From positions 248,197 through 312,196 of the forward strand of contig CAVSZK010000021.1 in assembly GCA_963732415.1 (NCBI GenBank): DNA of 64,000 bases. The letters are read 5' to 3'. Below are positions 23,453 to 35,433 of the stretch, one piece after another. A model generated the notes under the pieces. It was not told the DNA's origin. It ran no database searches and was given only the letters and a program-made list of their open reading frames with translations. Position numbers and translations under genes: made by a program. The DNA comes from an uncultured Gammaproteobacteria bacterium (lineage in GTDB: Bacteria; Pseudomonadota; Gammaproteobacteria; Steroidobacterales; Steroidobacteraceae). Each line of letters opens with the position of its first letter. Position 1 is the stretch's first letter.

Positions 23453-24163
23453 TTGCGACGATGTTACTGGCCCGGCCTGTTGCTACTTCTCTGCCTCGCG
23501 GGACCCGCGAAGGCCGATGACCGTCTCGCTGCGGATCTCGTTGCTGCCGCCCCGTCCGCGAACCCCGAGGTACTGACTCTCGCCGCCCGCGCGGCCGATT
23601 GTGCCCGCAAGCAGGGCGTGCTCGACGGCTTCCACCGGCTCGCGGTCATCGACTACTCGCTGCCCTCCACGACGCCGCGTCTCTGGGTGTTCGACGTGGA
23701 CCGCGGTCGGCTTCTTTTCCAGGAACTGGTAGCGCATGGACGCAATACCGGCGAGCAGCTGGCAGCGAAATTCTCGAACGTCGAAGGCAGCAAGATGTCG
23801 AGCCTCGGGCTGTTCCAGGCCACCGAGACCTACAACGGCAGCAACGGCTACTCGCTGCGTCTGCGCGGCCTGGACGCCGGTTTCAACGACAACGCGTTGT
23901 CCCGCGCCATTGTCATGCACGGCGCGCCGTATGTGAGCGAGGCGATCGCCGAGCGACTGGGCCGGCTCGGCCGCAGCTGGGGCTGTCCTGCAGTTCGCAA
24001 GGAAGTCGCGCGCGTGATGATAGATACGCTGAAGGGCGGCGCGCTGCTTTTTGCCTACTACCCCGACAAGAAGTGGCTCAAGGAGTCGCCGATGCTCACC
24101 TGCGGCTCGGCCCAGGGTGCGAGGGTCGCGGCTGCGCCAGTCGGTGCCAGGCCGCGCGGCTGA
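23453..24163 (+). CDS. L,D-transpeptidase catalytic domain family protein (YkuD_2-like), secreted
   Basis: Signal peptide, then SLGLF..SLRLRGLDAGFNDNA..IVMHGAPYV..GRSWGCPAV (His/Cys active-site arrangement). TTG start taken from the track. Confidence 0.72.
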   Translation: MRRCYWPGLLLLLCLAGPAKADDRLAADLVAAAPSANPEVLTLAARAADCARKQGVLDGFHRLAVIDYSLPSTTPRLWVFDVDRGRLLFQELVAHGRNTGEQLAAKFSNVEGSKMSSLGLFQATETYNGSNGYSLRLRGLDAGFNDNALSRAIVMHGAPYVSEAIAERLGRLGRSWGCPAVRKEVARVMIDTLKGGALLFAYYPDKKWLKESPMLTCGSAQGARVAAAPVGARPRG

Positions 24164-24264
24164 AGCCGGTCCGACCCGAACCCCGCCAACGCGTCCTGGC
24201 GACACTTGCTGCTGAACCAGGTGGCCCGGCCCAGCCGGCGACCCTCTGCTAGCATGCGCGCCCC

Positions 24265-26453
<2,189 letters not shown>

Positions 26454-26505
26454 TCCGCAGCCTTTTTGATGGCCCGAACCCGGGCCCACGACAGGAGTCC
26501 CCCTC

Positions 26506-26835
26506 ATGGATTGGTTGATCCCCAGCGCCTACGCGCAGGCCGCCGGCGGCGCACAGCCGAGCGCGTTGACCTCGCTGTTGCCCCTGGTACTGATTTTCGT
26601 CGTCTTCTACTTCCTGCTGATTCGTCCGCAGACCAAGCGCGCCAAGGAGCACAAGGCCATGGTCGCGGCCCTTTCCGCCGGGGACGAGGTCGTGACCAGC
26701 GGCGGAATGCTCGGCCGGGTCACCGAGGTGGGCGACCAGTTCCTGACCGTCGAGGTGGCCGAGGGCGTGCGGGTCAAGGTCCAGCGTCACACCGTCACCA
26801 GCGTCCTGCCCAAGGGCACGCTGAAGAGCGCCTGA
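26506..26835 (+). CDS. yajC: Preprotein translocase subunit YajC
   Basis: 109 aa with one TM helix followed by RPQTKRAKEHKAM, in the conserved tgt-yajC-secDF order. Confidence 0.93.
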   Translation: MDWLIPSAYAQAAGGAQPSALTSLLPLVLIFVVFYFLLIRPQTKRAKEHKAMVAALSAGDEVVTSGGMLGRVTEVGDQFLTVEVAEGVRVKVQRHTVTSVLPKGTLKSA

Positions 26836-26850
26836 GCCCGAGGGGCGACC

Positions 26851-28710
26851 ATGCATAGTTACCCGGCCTGGAAAATCTGGCTGGTCACCATCGTAATGCT
26901 GGTGGCCCTGGTGCTCGCGCTGCCGAACGTGTTCGGTGAAGCGCCTGCGCTGCAGTTGTCGCGCAACGATCGCTCGGCGTTCACGGACCAGGCGCAGGCC
27001 GCGGTGTCGTCGATCCTGGCGAACAAGGGCCTGGCCGCCGATGCGGCCTACCGCGAGGGCGACCGGCTGGTGCTGCGTTTCGGCTCGGTGGAGCAGCAAC
27101 TCCAGGCACGGGACGCGATTCGCGAGGGCGCCCCGGGCGACTACCTGGTCGCGCTGTCACGTGTTCCGCGCACGCCGGCGTGGATGCGCGCGCTGGGCCT
27201 GAAGCCGATGAGTCTCGGCCTGGACCTGCGCGGCGGCGTCTACTTCATGTACGAGGTGGACGTGAAGGGCGCCGTTACACAACTGCTCGCGAGCATGGAG
27301 CGCGACTATCGAACGATGCTGCGTGACGAGCGCATCCCGTTCAGCGGCATGCAGAGCAACGGAACGGACACGGTGAAGATCATGCTGCGCTCCGGCGAGG
27401 ATGGGCCGCGCGTCGCATCGCTGCTGCGCAAGCGCGACCCGAACCTGATCATCGAGACCGATACGCTCGGCGACGGCGGCACGGTCAGCGTTACGGTGCG
27501 GCCTGAGAACATCAAACAGCGCCAGGACTTCGCGATCCAGCAGAACATCACCACGCTGCGCAATCGCGTCGACGAACTCGGCGTGACCGAGCCCATCGTG
27601 GCCCGCCAGGGGCTTGACCGCATCGTCGTGCAACTGCCCGGCGTGCAGGATCCGAACGAAGCGTTGCGCGTGCTCGGCGCCACTGCGACGCTCGAATTCC
27701 GGCTGGTGGACGACCAGAACTCGGCGGCAGATGCCGAGCGCACCAAGCGCGCACCGCTGGGCTCGAGGCTCTACAAGACCCGCGAGGGCCAGCCGGTGCT
27801 GCTCAAGCGCGAGATGATCGTGTCGGGCGAGCAGTTGGCGGATGCCAGCTCCGGCTTCAGCGAAGGCCAGCCGGCCGTGTACGTCAAGCTCGACGCGCGC
27901 GGCGCCGCTGAGATGCTGCGCACCACGCGCGAGAATCTCGGGCGCCCGATGGCGGTGGTGTTCATCGAGAAGAAGCGGGTCGCGGAGGGGGAGCCCTGCA
28001 ACGGCCTGCGCACCGGTGCGGAATGCACGGAAGAGAAGGTCATCAGCGTCGCGACGATCCGCGGCGTGTTCAGCAGCAATTTCCAGATCACGGGCCTGCT
28101 GGCCGGTGAGGCCCGCGAGCTCGCGCTGCTGCTGCGCGCCGGCTCGCTCGCGGCGCCGCTCTACATCGTGGAGCAGCGCACGGTCGGCCCGAGCCTGGGC
28201 CAGGACAACATCGACCGCGGCATGCGCGCGCTCGCCATTGGACTGCTCGCGGTATTCGTCTTCATGGCCGTGTACTACAAGGCCTTTGGCCTGGTTGCGG
28301 ACGCGGTGCTGCTGGCCAACGTCGTGCTGCTGACAGCGCTATTGTCGATGCTGCAGGCCTCGCTGTCGCTGCCGGGTATCGCGGGCATCGTGCTCACGGT
28401 CGGCATGGCGGTGGACGCGAACATCCTGATCTTCGAGCGCATCCGCGAAGAGCTGCGCAATGGCGTCAGTCCGCTCGCGGCAATCAACGCCGGGTTCGAC
28501 AAGGCGTTTTCGTCGATCGCCGACGCAAACGTCACCACGCTGATCGCGGGCGTGGTGCTGTTCACGTTCGGCACCGGTCCGGTGCGCGGCTTCGCCGTGG
28601 TGCTGTCGCTCGGCATCATCACCTCGATGTTCACCGCGCTGATCGGCAGCCGGTCGCTCATCCACCTGATATGGGGGCGCCGGCGCAAGCTGGAATCGCT
28701 CCCGATCTGA
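26851..28710 (+). CDS. secD: Protein translocase subunit SecD
   Basis: 619 aa with a large periplasmic domain and a C-terminal 5-TM bundle. Conserved position. Confidence 0.95.
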   Translation: MHSYPAWKIWLVTIVMLVALVLALPNVFGEAPALQLSRNDRSAFTDQAQAAVSSILANKGLAADAAYREGDRLVLRFGSVEQQLQARDAIREGAPGDYLVALSRVPRTPAWMRALGLKPMSLGLDLRGGVYFMYEVDVKGAVTQLLASMERDYRTMLRDERIPFSGMQSNGTDTVKIMLRSGEDGPRVASLLRKRDPNLIIETDTLGDGGTVSVTVRPENIKQRQDFAIQQNITTLRNRVDELGVTEPIVARQGLDRIVVQLPGVQDPNEALRVLGATATLEFRLVDDQNSAADAERTKRAPLGSRLYKTREGQPVLLKREMIVSGEQLADASSGFSEGQPAVYVKLDARGAAEMLRTTRENLGRPMAVVFIEKKRVAEGEPCNGLRTGAECTEEKVISVATIRGVFSSNFQITGLLAGEARELALLLRAGSLAAPLYIVEQRTVGPSLGQDNIDRGMRALAIGLLAVFVFMAVYYKAFGLVADAVLLANVVLLTALLSMLQASLSLPGIAGIVLTVGMAVDANILIFERIREELRNGVSPLAAINAGFDKAFSSIADANVTTLIAGVVLFTFGTGPVRGFAVVLSLGIITSMFTALIGSRSLIHLIWGRRRKLESLPI

Positions 28711-28720
28711 GGATCAGGCA

Positions 28721-29656
28721 ATGGAAATCTTCCACAGGACGACCAGCTACCCGTTCATGGCCACCCGCAAGCGGTGGTACGCGGTCTCGGCGGTGCTGAT
28801 ACTGGGTTCGCTGCTGTCACTGGCGGTGCAGGGCCTTAATTTCGGCATCGATTTCACCGGCGGCGTGGTGATGGAATTCACCTTCCCGCAGCAAGCAGAC
28901 CTCGAGAAGGTGAGGGGCGACCTCGAGCGCGCAGGATTCGGCGACGCGGCGGTGCAGAGCTTCGGCACCTCGCGGGACGTGCTGGTGCGCCTGCTGCCCA
29001 GGGACAACGAGGACGTGAACATCGTCGGCCAGAAAGTGCTCGCTGCGATGCAGGCAAGCGTGCCCGGCGTTGAGCTCAGGCGAACCGAGGTCGTGGGACC
29101 TCAGGTGGGCCAGGAACTCGCCGAGAAGGGCGCGCTTGCGATCCTGTTCACGTTCCTGCTGATCCTTGCGTACGTGGCCTTCCGCTTCCAGTGGAAACTG
29201 GCTGTCGGCGCGATCCTCGCGGCGCTGCATGACCCGATCGTGATCCTGGGTGTGTTCTCGGTGTTCGGGCTCACGTTCGACCTGCCCTCGCTCGCGGCGA
29301 TCCTGGCGGTGATCGGCTATTCGCTGAACGACACAGTCGTCGTGTTCGACCGCCTTCGCGAGCGCTTCCTGTCGATTCGCAAGGGCACCTCCGAGCAGGT
29401 AATCAACGCGGCGATCAATGAGACGCTGTCGCGCACCATCATGACCAGTTTCATTACGCTGCTCACGGTGCTCTCCCTGCTGTTCTTCGGTGGCGAGATC
29501 CTGCGCGGGTTCTCGGTGGCCCTCACCATCGGCATCGCGGTCGGCACCTACTCCTCGATCTACATAGCGAGCGCGCTCGCGCTGGATTTCAGGCTGACGG
29601 CCCTTGACCTGATGCCGGCGCAGCGCGAGAAGGACGAAGTCGACGACATGCCGTGA
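28721..29656 (+). CDS. secF: Protein translocase subunit SecF
   Basis: 311 aa with SecF membrane topology, immediately after secD. Confidence 0.95.
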   Translation: MEIFHRTTSYPFMATRKRWYAVSAVLILGSLLSLAVQGLNFGIDFTGGVVMEFTFPQQADLEKVRGDLERAGFGDAAVQSFGTSRDVLVRLLPRDNEDVNIVGQKVLAAMQASVPGVELRRTEVVGPQVGQELAEKGALAILFTFLLILAYVAFRFQWKLAVGAILAALHDPIVILGVFSVFGLTFDLPSLAAILAVIGYSLNDTVVVFDRLRERFLSIRKGTSEQVINAAINETLSRTIMTSFITLLTVLSLLFFGGEILRGFSVALTIGIAVGTYSSIYIASALALDFRLTALDLMPAQREKDEVDDMP

Positions 29657-29701
29657 GGCGGCTTTGCACGCCAGGCGCTGGCGATCCGGGGGAGCAAGAC
29701 C

Positions 29702-30685
29702 TTGGTTGAGCTGATCTGGATCGGATTCATCGCGCTGTTCCTGGGACTGCTGTTCCTGGATCTCAGCGTCCTGCACCGCGAGGCGGCCGAACTGTCGGTA
29801 CGCCAGGCGCTGTTCTGGACGGCGGTCTGGATCGGCGTCGCCTTCTCGTACGCCTTCGTGATCTACGGCCTGTACGAATATCGCTGGTACGGGTTCACGC
29901 CGGCGGCGGACGCCCTGAACGGCAGGGACGCCGTGGTGCAGTACGTGACGGGCTACCTGCTCGAGTGGTCGCTGTCGGTCGACAACATCTTCGTGATGGC
30001 GCTGATCTTCTCGTACCTGAAGATCCCGGCGCTCTACCAGTACCGCGTGCTCTTCTGGGGCATCGTCGGCGCAATCGTGCTGCGCGGCCTGATGATCATG
30101 GTCGGTACGGGATTGCTCCGGCACTTCGACTGGATGTTCTACGTCTTCGGCGCGACGCTGCTGGTGTCGGCGCTGAGGATGCTGCGCGAGGACGACGAAA
30201 TTCGCGACTTTGGTACCAGCCTGCCGGCGAGGTTGGTGCGGCGCTTCGTGCCGGTCACCGACGAGCTGGACCGCGCGCGTTTCTTCGTTCGCAAGTCGGG
30301 CAACCTCTATGCAACGCCGCTGTTCGTGGCGCTGGTCATGGTGGAACTGACCGATATAGTCTTCGCGGTGGACTCTATCCCCGCGATCCTGGCCGTCACC
30401 CGCGACCCGTTCCTGGTCTTCACGTCGAATGCCTTCGCGATCCTGGGCCTTCGCTCACTCTATTTCGCGGTGGCCGGGCTGATGTCCCTGTTCCGGTACC
30501 TGAAATACAGCCTGGTGCTGGTGCTGGCATTCGTCGGCGTGAAGATGCTGCTGATGGATCTCATTCACGTGCCGAACCTGTTATCGCTCGGCATCATCGT
30601 CGCGACGCTCGGCGCGGGCAGCGTCGCGTCGCTCTGGGCAACGCGGCGCGAGCGCAAGGCCGCTGGAGACAACGGCCCGATCTAG
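29702..30685 (+). CDS. TerC/Alx family integral membrane protein
   Basis: 327-aa multi-pass membrane protein with TerC-type motifs (EWSLSVDNIFV.., ELTDIVFAVDSIPAI). TTG start. Confidence 0.85.
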   Translation: MVELIWIGFIALFLGLLFLDLSVLHREAAELSVRQALFWTAVWIGVAFSYAFVIYGLYEYRWYGFTPAADALNGRDAVVQYVTGYLLEWSLSVDNIFVMALIFSYLKIPALYQYRVLFWGIVGAIVLRGLMIMVGTGLLRHFDWMFYVFGATLLVSALRMLREDDEIRDFGTSLPARLVRRFVPVTDELDRARFFVRKSGNLYATPLFVALVMVELTDIVFAVDSIPAILAVTRDPFLVFTSNAFAILGLRSLYFAVAGLMSLFRYLKYSLVLVLAFVGVKMLLMDLIHVPNLLSLGIIVATLGAGSVASLWATRRERKAAGDNGPI

Positions 30686-30741
30686 CCCTGCGGCGCTGTC
30701 TGAGGGCGCGATCTAGTCCTGCCGGGGGCGCCTGAGGGCGC
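30679..30741. repeat. Imperfect 31/32-bp tandem duplication spanning two convergent stop codons
   Basis: GATCTAGCCCTGCGGCGCTGTCTGAGGGCGC (30679-30709) is followed directly by GATCTAGTCCTGCCGGGGGCGCCTGAGGGCGC (30710-30741). Unit 1 carries the terC stop TAG, and unit 2 carries the permease stop on the other strand. Confidence 0.5.
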
Positions 30742-32164
30742 TGTGCTTCCAGCCGTAGAACACGTAGATCAGCATGCCGAAGAATGTCCAGACGAGCAGC
30801 CGCACCCAGGTGTCCTTGGGCAGCGAGATCATCATGTAGGCGCAGATCAGTGCGCCGGCCGTACACACCACCCACGGCAGCCTGACGCGGAACGGCCGCT
30901 GCAGGTCCGGCCGGGTGTGGCGCAGCACCAGCACGCCGATGCACACCACGATGAAGGCCAGCAGCGTGCCGATTGAAACCAGCTCGCCGAGGATCGTCAC
31001 CGGCAGCGTTCCGGCGATCGTGGCTGCGGCGACACCCGTGACCAGCGTCGAGAACGACGGGGACTTGAATTTCGGGTGCACCTTGCCGAACACAGGCGGC
31101 AGCAGACCGTCCTTGGCCATCGAGTAGAAGATGCGCGGCTGTCCGAGCAGCATCACCAGCATCGTGGAGGTCATGCCGGCGATCGCGCCGAGCTTCACCC
31201 AGCCCGACAACCAGTTGAGCCCAGAATAGCGATCCAGCGCCAGCGCGACCGGAGCCGCCGTGTTCAGTTCCCGGTAGGGGACCATGCCGGTCAGAACCGC
31301 CGCGACCCCGATATAGAGCACGGTGCAGATCGCCAGGCTCAGCAGGATGCCGATCGGCATGTTGCGTTGCGGGTTGCGGGTCTCCTGCGCGGCGGTCGAG
31401 ACGGCGTCAAAACCGATGTAGGCGAAGAAGATGATGCCGGCCGCGGTAACCACGCCCGACCACCCAAACCGGCCCGGCCCCTCGTTCGGCGGGATAAACG
31501 GGTCCCAGTTCGCGCCTTGCACGTACCAGGCGCCAAAGCCGATGAACAGCACGATGACCGTGACCTTGATCGCGACCACCACCCCGTTGAACCGCGACGA
31601 CTGGTGCATTCCGATGTAGCTGAGCGCCGTAATCACGCAGATGATCAGCACCGCAGGCAGGTTGATCAGCGCTCCGGTGCGCACCAGTTCCCAGTGCCCC
31701 TCACCCTTGGTAAACGGGGCGTGGGTGAGTACGTCAGGCAGGTGCAGGCCGATCTGGTCCATCAGGCTCACTACGTAGCCCGACCAGCCGACCGCGATCG
31801 TGGCGCCGGCGAACAGGTACTCGAGGATCAGGTTCCAGCCCACGAACCACGCGATACCCTCGCCGAGCGTTACATAAGAGTACGAGTACGCGCTGCCCGA
31901 GACCGGGATCATCGCAGCGAACTCGGCGTAGCAGAGGCCCGCGAACGCGCAGCCGATGCCCGCGATGATGAACGACAACACCAGTGCCGGACCGGCGTGG
32001 TTTGCCGCGGCGGTGCCCGTGAGCACGAAGATACCGGTGCCGATGATCGCGCCTATTCCGAGCAGCACCAGCGCCCTGGCGTCCAGCACACGATTGAGTT
32101 CGTTGGCCGAACCCGCCTCCTGCAGATCGGTGATGGGTTTGGTCGAGAACAGGCCGTGTGCCAT
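30713..32164 (-). CDS. Amino acid permease (APC superfamily)
   Basis: 483 aa with about 12-13 TM helices and an N-terminus typical of APC/cationic amino acid transporters (..LGIGAIIGTGIFVLTG..). Confidence 0.88.
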   Translation of the reverse strand: MAHGLFSTKPITDLQEAGSANELNRVLDARALVLLGIGAIIGTGIFVLTGTAAANHAGPALVLSFIIAGIGCAFAGLCYAEFAAMIPVSGSAYSYSYVTLGEGIAWFVGWNLILEYLFAGATIAVGWSGYVVSLMDQIGLHLPDVLTHAPFTKGEGHWELVRTGALINLPAVLIICVITALSYIGMHQSSRFNGVVVAIKVTVIVLFIGFGAWYVQGANWDPFIPPNEGPGRFGWSGVVTAAGIIFFAYIGFDAVSTAAQETRNPQRNMPIGILLSLAICTVLYIGVAAVLTGMVPYRELNTAAPVALALDRYSGLNWLSGWVKLGAIAGMTSTMLVMLLGQPRIFYSMAKDGLLPPVFGKVHPKFKSPSFSTLVTGVAAATIAGTLPVTILGELVSIGTLLAFIVVCIGVLVLRHTRPDLQRPFRVRLPWVVCTAGALICAYMMISLPKDTWVRLLVWTFFGMLIYVFYGWKHSALRRPRQD

Positions 32165-32258
32165 GGAATCCCCCGCTACCGTTCGTTGATGTTCGTCGCG
32201 CCCGGCCAGGCGCCGCCGGAATGTACCGCGACCGCGACCCCGCGCGATAGTGGCGGGC

Positions 32259-33059
32259 TCAGCCCTCGCGCAGCGGTTCCGGTACGAAGGGCTTCAGGCA
32301 CTCGACCAGGGCTTCGTAGACCTTGGGAGCACCGGCGATGATGTTGCCGCCCTGCCGGTACTCGCCGCCGGACAGCGTGCCGACGTGACCGCCGGCCTCG
32401 GTGATCAGCAGCGTGCCCGCGGCCGTGTCCCAGGAGTTGAGCCCGATTTCCCAGAATCCGTCGATGCGGCCGGCCGCGACATACGCGAGGTCGAGCGATG
32501 CCGCGCCGGGCCGCCGAATGCCGGCCGTCTGCTGCATCACGACCTTCAGCATCGCCAGGTATTCGTCGGTCCAGCGCGCGTTGGCGCGGTAAGGGAAGCC
32601 GGTGCCGATCAGTGCGCCTTCGAGCCCGACCTGCTTGCTGACCCGTATGCGCCGGCCGTCGCGCTGCGCGCCGTCGCCGCGCGAGGCGGTGAACAGCTCC
32701 TGCCGCATCGGGTCGTAGACCACCGCGTGCTCGAGCCGGCCGCGGTATTCGCAGGCGAGCGACACCGCGAAGGTGGGGAAGCCGTGCAGGAAGTTGGTGG
32801 TGCCATCCAGGGGATCGATGATCCAGACGAATTCGTCACCGCCGCTGCGGCCGCCTTCCTCGCCGAGGAAGCCGTGGTCCGGGTGCGAGCGGCGGATCGT
32901 CTCGATGATGTCCCGCTCGGCCATCTGGTCGATTTCGCTGACGAAGTCGTTGCGGCTCTTCGCGCGCACCTCCAGCGACGGCACGCGGTCGACGTTGCGC
33001 ACGATCAGGTCACCGGCGCGGCGTGCGGCGCGGACGGCGATGTTCAGTAACGGTTGCAT
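32259..33059 (-). CDS. suhB: Inositol monophosphatase family protein SuhB
   Basis: ATG at 33059 gives MQPLLNIAVRAARRAGDLI.., with motifs WIIDPLDGTTNF and WDTAAG. Divergent from trmJ as in E. coli. Confidence 0.92.
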   Translation of the reverse strand: MQPLLNIAVRAARRAGDLIVRNVDRVPSLEVRAKSRNDFVSEIDQMAERDIIETIRRSHPDHGFLGEEGGRSGGDEFVWIIDPLDGTTNFLHGFPTFAVSLACEYRGRLEHAVVYDPMRQELFTASRGDGAQRDGRRIRVSKQVGLEGALIGTGFPYRANARWTDEYLAMLKVVMQQTAGIRRPGAASLDLAYVAAGRIDGFWEIGLNSWDTAAGTLLITEAGGHVGTLSGGEYRQGGNIIAGAPKVYEALVECLKPFVPEPLREG

Positions 33060-33082
33060 GCGGGCAGCTAGAATAGCAGAGC

Positions 33083-33829
33083 ATGTCCATCTGCATCGTA
33101 CTCGTCGGCATATCGCACCCCGGTAACATCGGTTCCGCCGCCCGTGCGATGAAGACAATGGGGTTCGGCAGCCTGCGCCTCGTGGCGCCGGCGCGGTTCC
33201 CGGCGACCGAGGCGACGGTCATGGCAGCCGGTGCCGACGACGTGCTGGACGGCACCGCCATATACGCGGATGTCGCGGGTGCCGTCGCCGACTGCGGCCT
33301 GATCATCGGCACGACCGCCAGGTCCAGGCACCTGCCGTGGCGAGTGCTTGAGCCGCGAGCCGCGGCGCGCGAGGCGGCGGCCGCGTCCCGCGAGGGCAGG
33401 GTCGCGGTGCTGTTTGGCGCCGAACGAACCGGGCTCTCGAACGACGACATCGACCGCTGCCAGCTGCTGCTGTCGATCCCGACCGGTGCGACCTACACGT
33501 CGCTGAACGTGGCGATGGCAGTGCAGGTCGTGGCCTACGAGCTGCTGCTGGCGCTGCGCGACGGCGACGTGGGCAGCGCCGAGCGCGGGGTTCCGCTCGC
33601 CAGTGCCAGGGAGATGGAGCACTTCTACGTGCAGCTCGAGCAGGTGATGGAGCAGGCCGATTTCCGCGACCGCAATGGCGAAGGACACCTGATGGCGCGC
33701 ATCAGGCGGCTGTTCAACCGTGCGGTCATGGACCAGAACGAGGTAAACATCCTGCGCGGGATCCTCACCTCGGTGCAGGGCCGGCGGCGGCGCGCCGGTG
33801 ATCCACACACGCCGCGGACCGGGGAGTGA
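33083..33829 (+). CDS. trmJ: tRNA (cytidine/uridine-2'-O-)-methyltransferase TrmJ
   Basis: SPOUT N-terminus IVLVGISHPGNIGSAARAMKTMG. Conserved position upstream of the isc genes. Confidence 0.9.
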   Translation: MSICIVLVGISHPGNIGSAARAMKTMGFGSLRLVAPARFPATEATVMAAGADDVLDGTAIYADVAGAVADCGLIIGTTARSRHLPWRVLEPRAAAREAAAASREGRVAVLFGAERTGLSNDDIDRCQLLLSIPTGATYTSLNVAMAVQVVAYELLLALRDGDVGSAERGVPLASAREMEHFYVQLEQVMEQADFRDRNGEGHLMARIRRLFNRAVMDQNEVNILRGILTSVQGRRRRAGDPHTPRTGE

Positions 33830-34998
33830 CGATGACGGTGGTCTACCTGGACAACGCGGCCACGACGCCGGTGGACCCGCGAGTGGTCGAGACGATGCTC
33901 GAGTGCTGTGGGCCGGGTGGCGACTTCGCGAATCCCTCGTCGGTGGGCCACGAGCCCGGTCGACGCGCGCGAGCGCGCGTCGAACAGGCGCGGGCCGAGG
34001 TGGCCCGCGTGGTCGGCGCGGCGCCGGAGCAGGTCATCTGGACCTCGGGTGCCACGGAAGCGGACAACCTCGCACTGTTCGGCGCTGCGCGGTTCCAGCG
34101 CACCAGGGGCCGCCACCTGGTGACTTCCCGGACCGAGCACCCGGCCGTGCTCGACAGTTGCCGGCAGCTCGAGCGCGAGGGCTTCGAGGTCACCTACCTG
34201 AAACCCGGGCCGGACGGCATCGTGCAGCCGTCGCAGGTCGAGGCTGCGCTGCGGCCCGATACGATCCTGGTATCGCTGATGCACGTGCAGAACGAGATCG
34301 GGGTGGTGCAGGACGTGGGCGCGGTCGGTCGCCTGTGCCGGACACGGGGCGTGCTGATGCACGTCGACGCCGCCCAGGGCGCGGGAAAGCTGTCCATCGA
34401 CGTCGAGCGCGACTGCATCGACCTGCTTGCGCTCACCGCCCACAAGGTCCACGGACCGAAGGGGGTCGGTGCGCTGGTGATGCGACGGGAGCCGCGACTG
34501 GGCCTGGTGCCCATCCTGTTCGGCGGTGGACAGGAGCGCGGCCTGCGTTCCGGCACGATTCCGACGCACCAGGTCGCCGGCATGGGCCGGGCTTTTGCGA
34601 TCGCGGCCGAGGAGATGCAGGCAGACGCGGAGAGGATCGCGACCCTGAGAACGCTGTTGTTCGAGTCGATCGCGGCGCTTCCGGACGTGGAACTGAATGG
34701 CCACCCGACGCAGAGGGTGCCCGGCATCCTCAGCGTCACCGTGGACGGTGTCGAGGGCGAGAGCCTGCTGCATGCGCTGGCCGACCTCGCGATAGCGTCG
34801 GGCTCGGCCTGCGCATCGGCGCACGCAGAGCCATCCTATGTGCTGCGTGCGCTTGGCCATGGCGATCGTCTTGCGCAGAGCACGCTGCGGTTGAGCCTCG
34901 GGCGGTTCACGACCCGGGAAGAGGTGGAGTATGCCGCTGCGCGGATCGCCGCGGAGGTGCCGCGCCTGCGCGCCATTGCTCCGGCGACGCTGCGGTGA
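33826..34998 (+). CDS. iscS: Cysteine desulfurase (IscS/NifS class V aminotransferase)
   Basis: VYLDNAATTP, PLP lysine in LTAHKVHGPKG, catalytic Cys in SGSACAS. GTG 33826 overlaps the trmJ stop, and ATG 33832 is an alternative start. Confidence 0.9.
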   Translation: MTMTVVYLDNAATTPVDPRVVETMLECCGPGGDFANPSSVGHEPGRRARARVEQARAEVARVVGAAPEQVIWTSGATEADNLALFGAARFQRTRGRHLVTSRTEHPAVLDSCRQLEREGFEVTYLKPGPDGIVQPSQVEAALRPDTILVSLMHVQNEIGVVQDVGAVGRLCRTRGVLMHVDAAQGAGKLSIDVERDCIDLLALTAHKVHGPKGVGALVMRREPRLGLVPILFGGGQERGLRSGTIPTHQVAGMGRAFAIAAEEMQADAERIATLRTLLFESIAALPDVELNGHPTQRVPGILSVTVDGVEGESLLHALADLAIASGSACASAHAEPSYVLRALGHGDRLAQSTLRLSLGRFTTREEVEYAAARIAAEVPRLRAIAPATLR

Positions 34999-35402
34999 GC
35001 GCCGTGGCGAACGACGATCCTCGCTACAGCAGCGAGGTTCGCCGCCGCATGAGGGAACTCCCCGGCGCGCAGCCGCTGCCGCGGGGCGTGCCGACCGCGA
35101 ATGGCGCTGCAGGGGATGCGGATCACGGCGCACGAGTGGAGCTCGAATTCATGGTCGAGCAAGGGCGTGTGGCGCGTGGACGGTTCCGCGCCTTTGGCTG
35201 CCCGCACCTGGTGGCCGCCGCTTCATGGGTCACCGACCGGCTGCGCGGCGCGAACCGCGACGACCTGGCCGCGTGGGACTGGCGCGAGGCGGCCGAAGCG
35301 CTCGAGGTGCCGGCTGCCAAATTCGGGCGCCTGCTCACGTTGCAGGATGCAGTGCGGGACGTGGCACGGAACTGGCCGTCTGCTCCGGGGTCTACCGTGT
35401 AG
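34995..35402 (+). CDS. IscU/NifU-N-like protein with degenerate cluster ligands
   Basis: GTG 34995 overlaps the iscS stop (GTGA). The 135-aa product is colinear with IscU (..[18 protein letters not shown].., [18 protein letters not shown]) but keeps only the Cys63 equivalent. It is the in-frame tail of the spurious 534-aa track ORF 33798..35402. Confidence 0.65.
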   Translation: MSAVANDDPRYSSEVRRRMRELPGAQPLPRGVPTANGAAGDADHGARVELEFMVEQGRVARGRFRAFGCPHLVAAASWVTDRLRGANRDDLAAWDWREAAEALEVPAAKFGRLLTLQDAVRDVARNWPSAPGSTV

Positions 35403-35433
35403 AATCAGCCAACAGCCATCACCAACTGCGATC

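Noticed and set aside
29657-29701. yybP-ykoY (Mn) riboswitch upstream of the TerC-family gene
   Set aside because: The spacer is only 45 nt, and only a weak GGGGAGCAAG resemblance is present. That is too short for the four-way-junction motif.
33625-35133. 502-aa minus-strand ORF, and the 534-aa plus-strand ORF 33798..35402, overlapping iscS
   Set aside because: The minus-strand ORF is antisense. Only the last 135 codons of the plus-strand ORF (from GTG 34995) resemble a real protein (IscU-like); the rest is an alternative frame of iscS.
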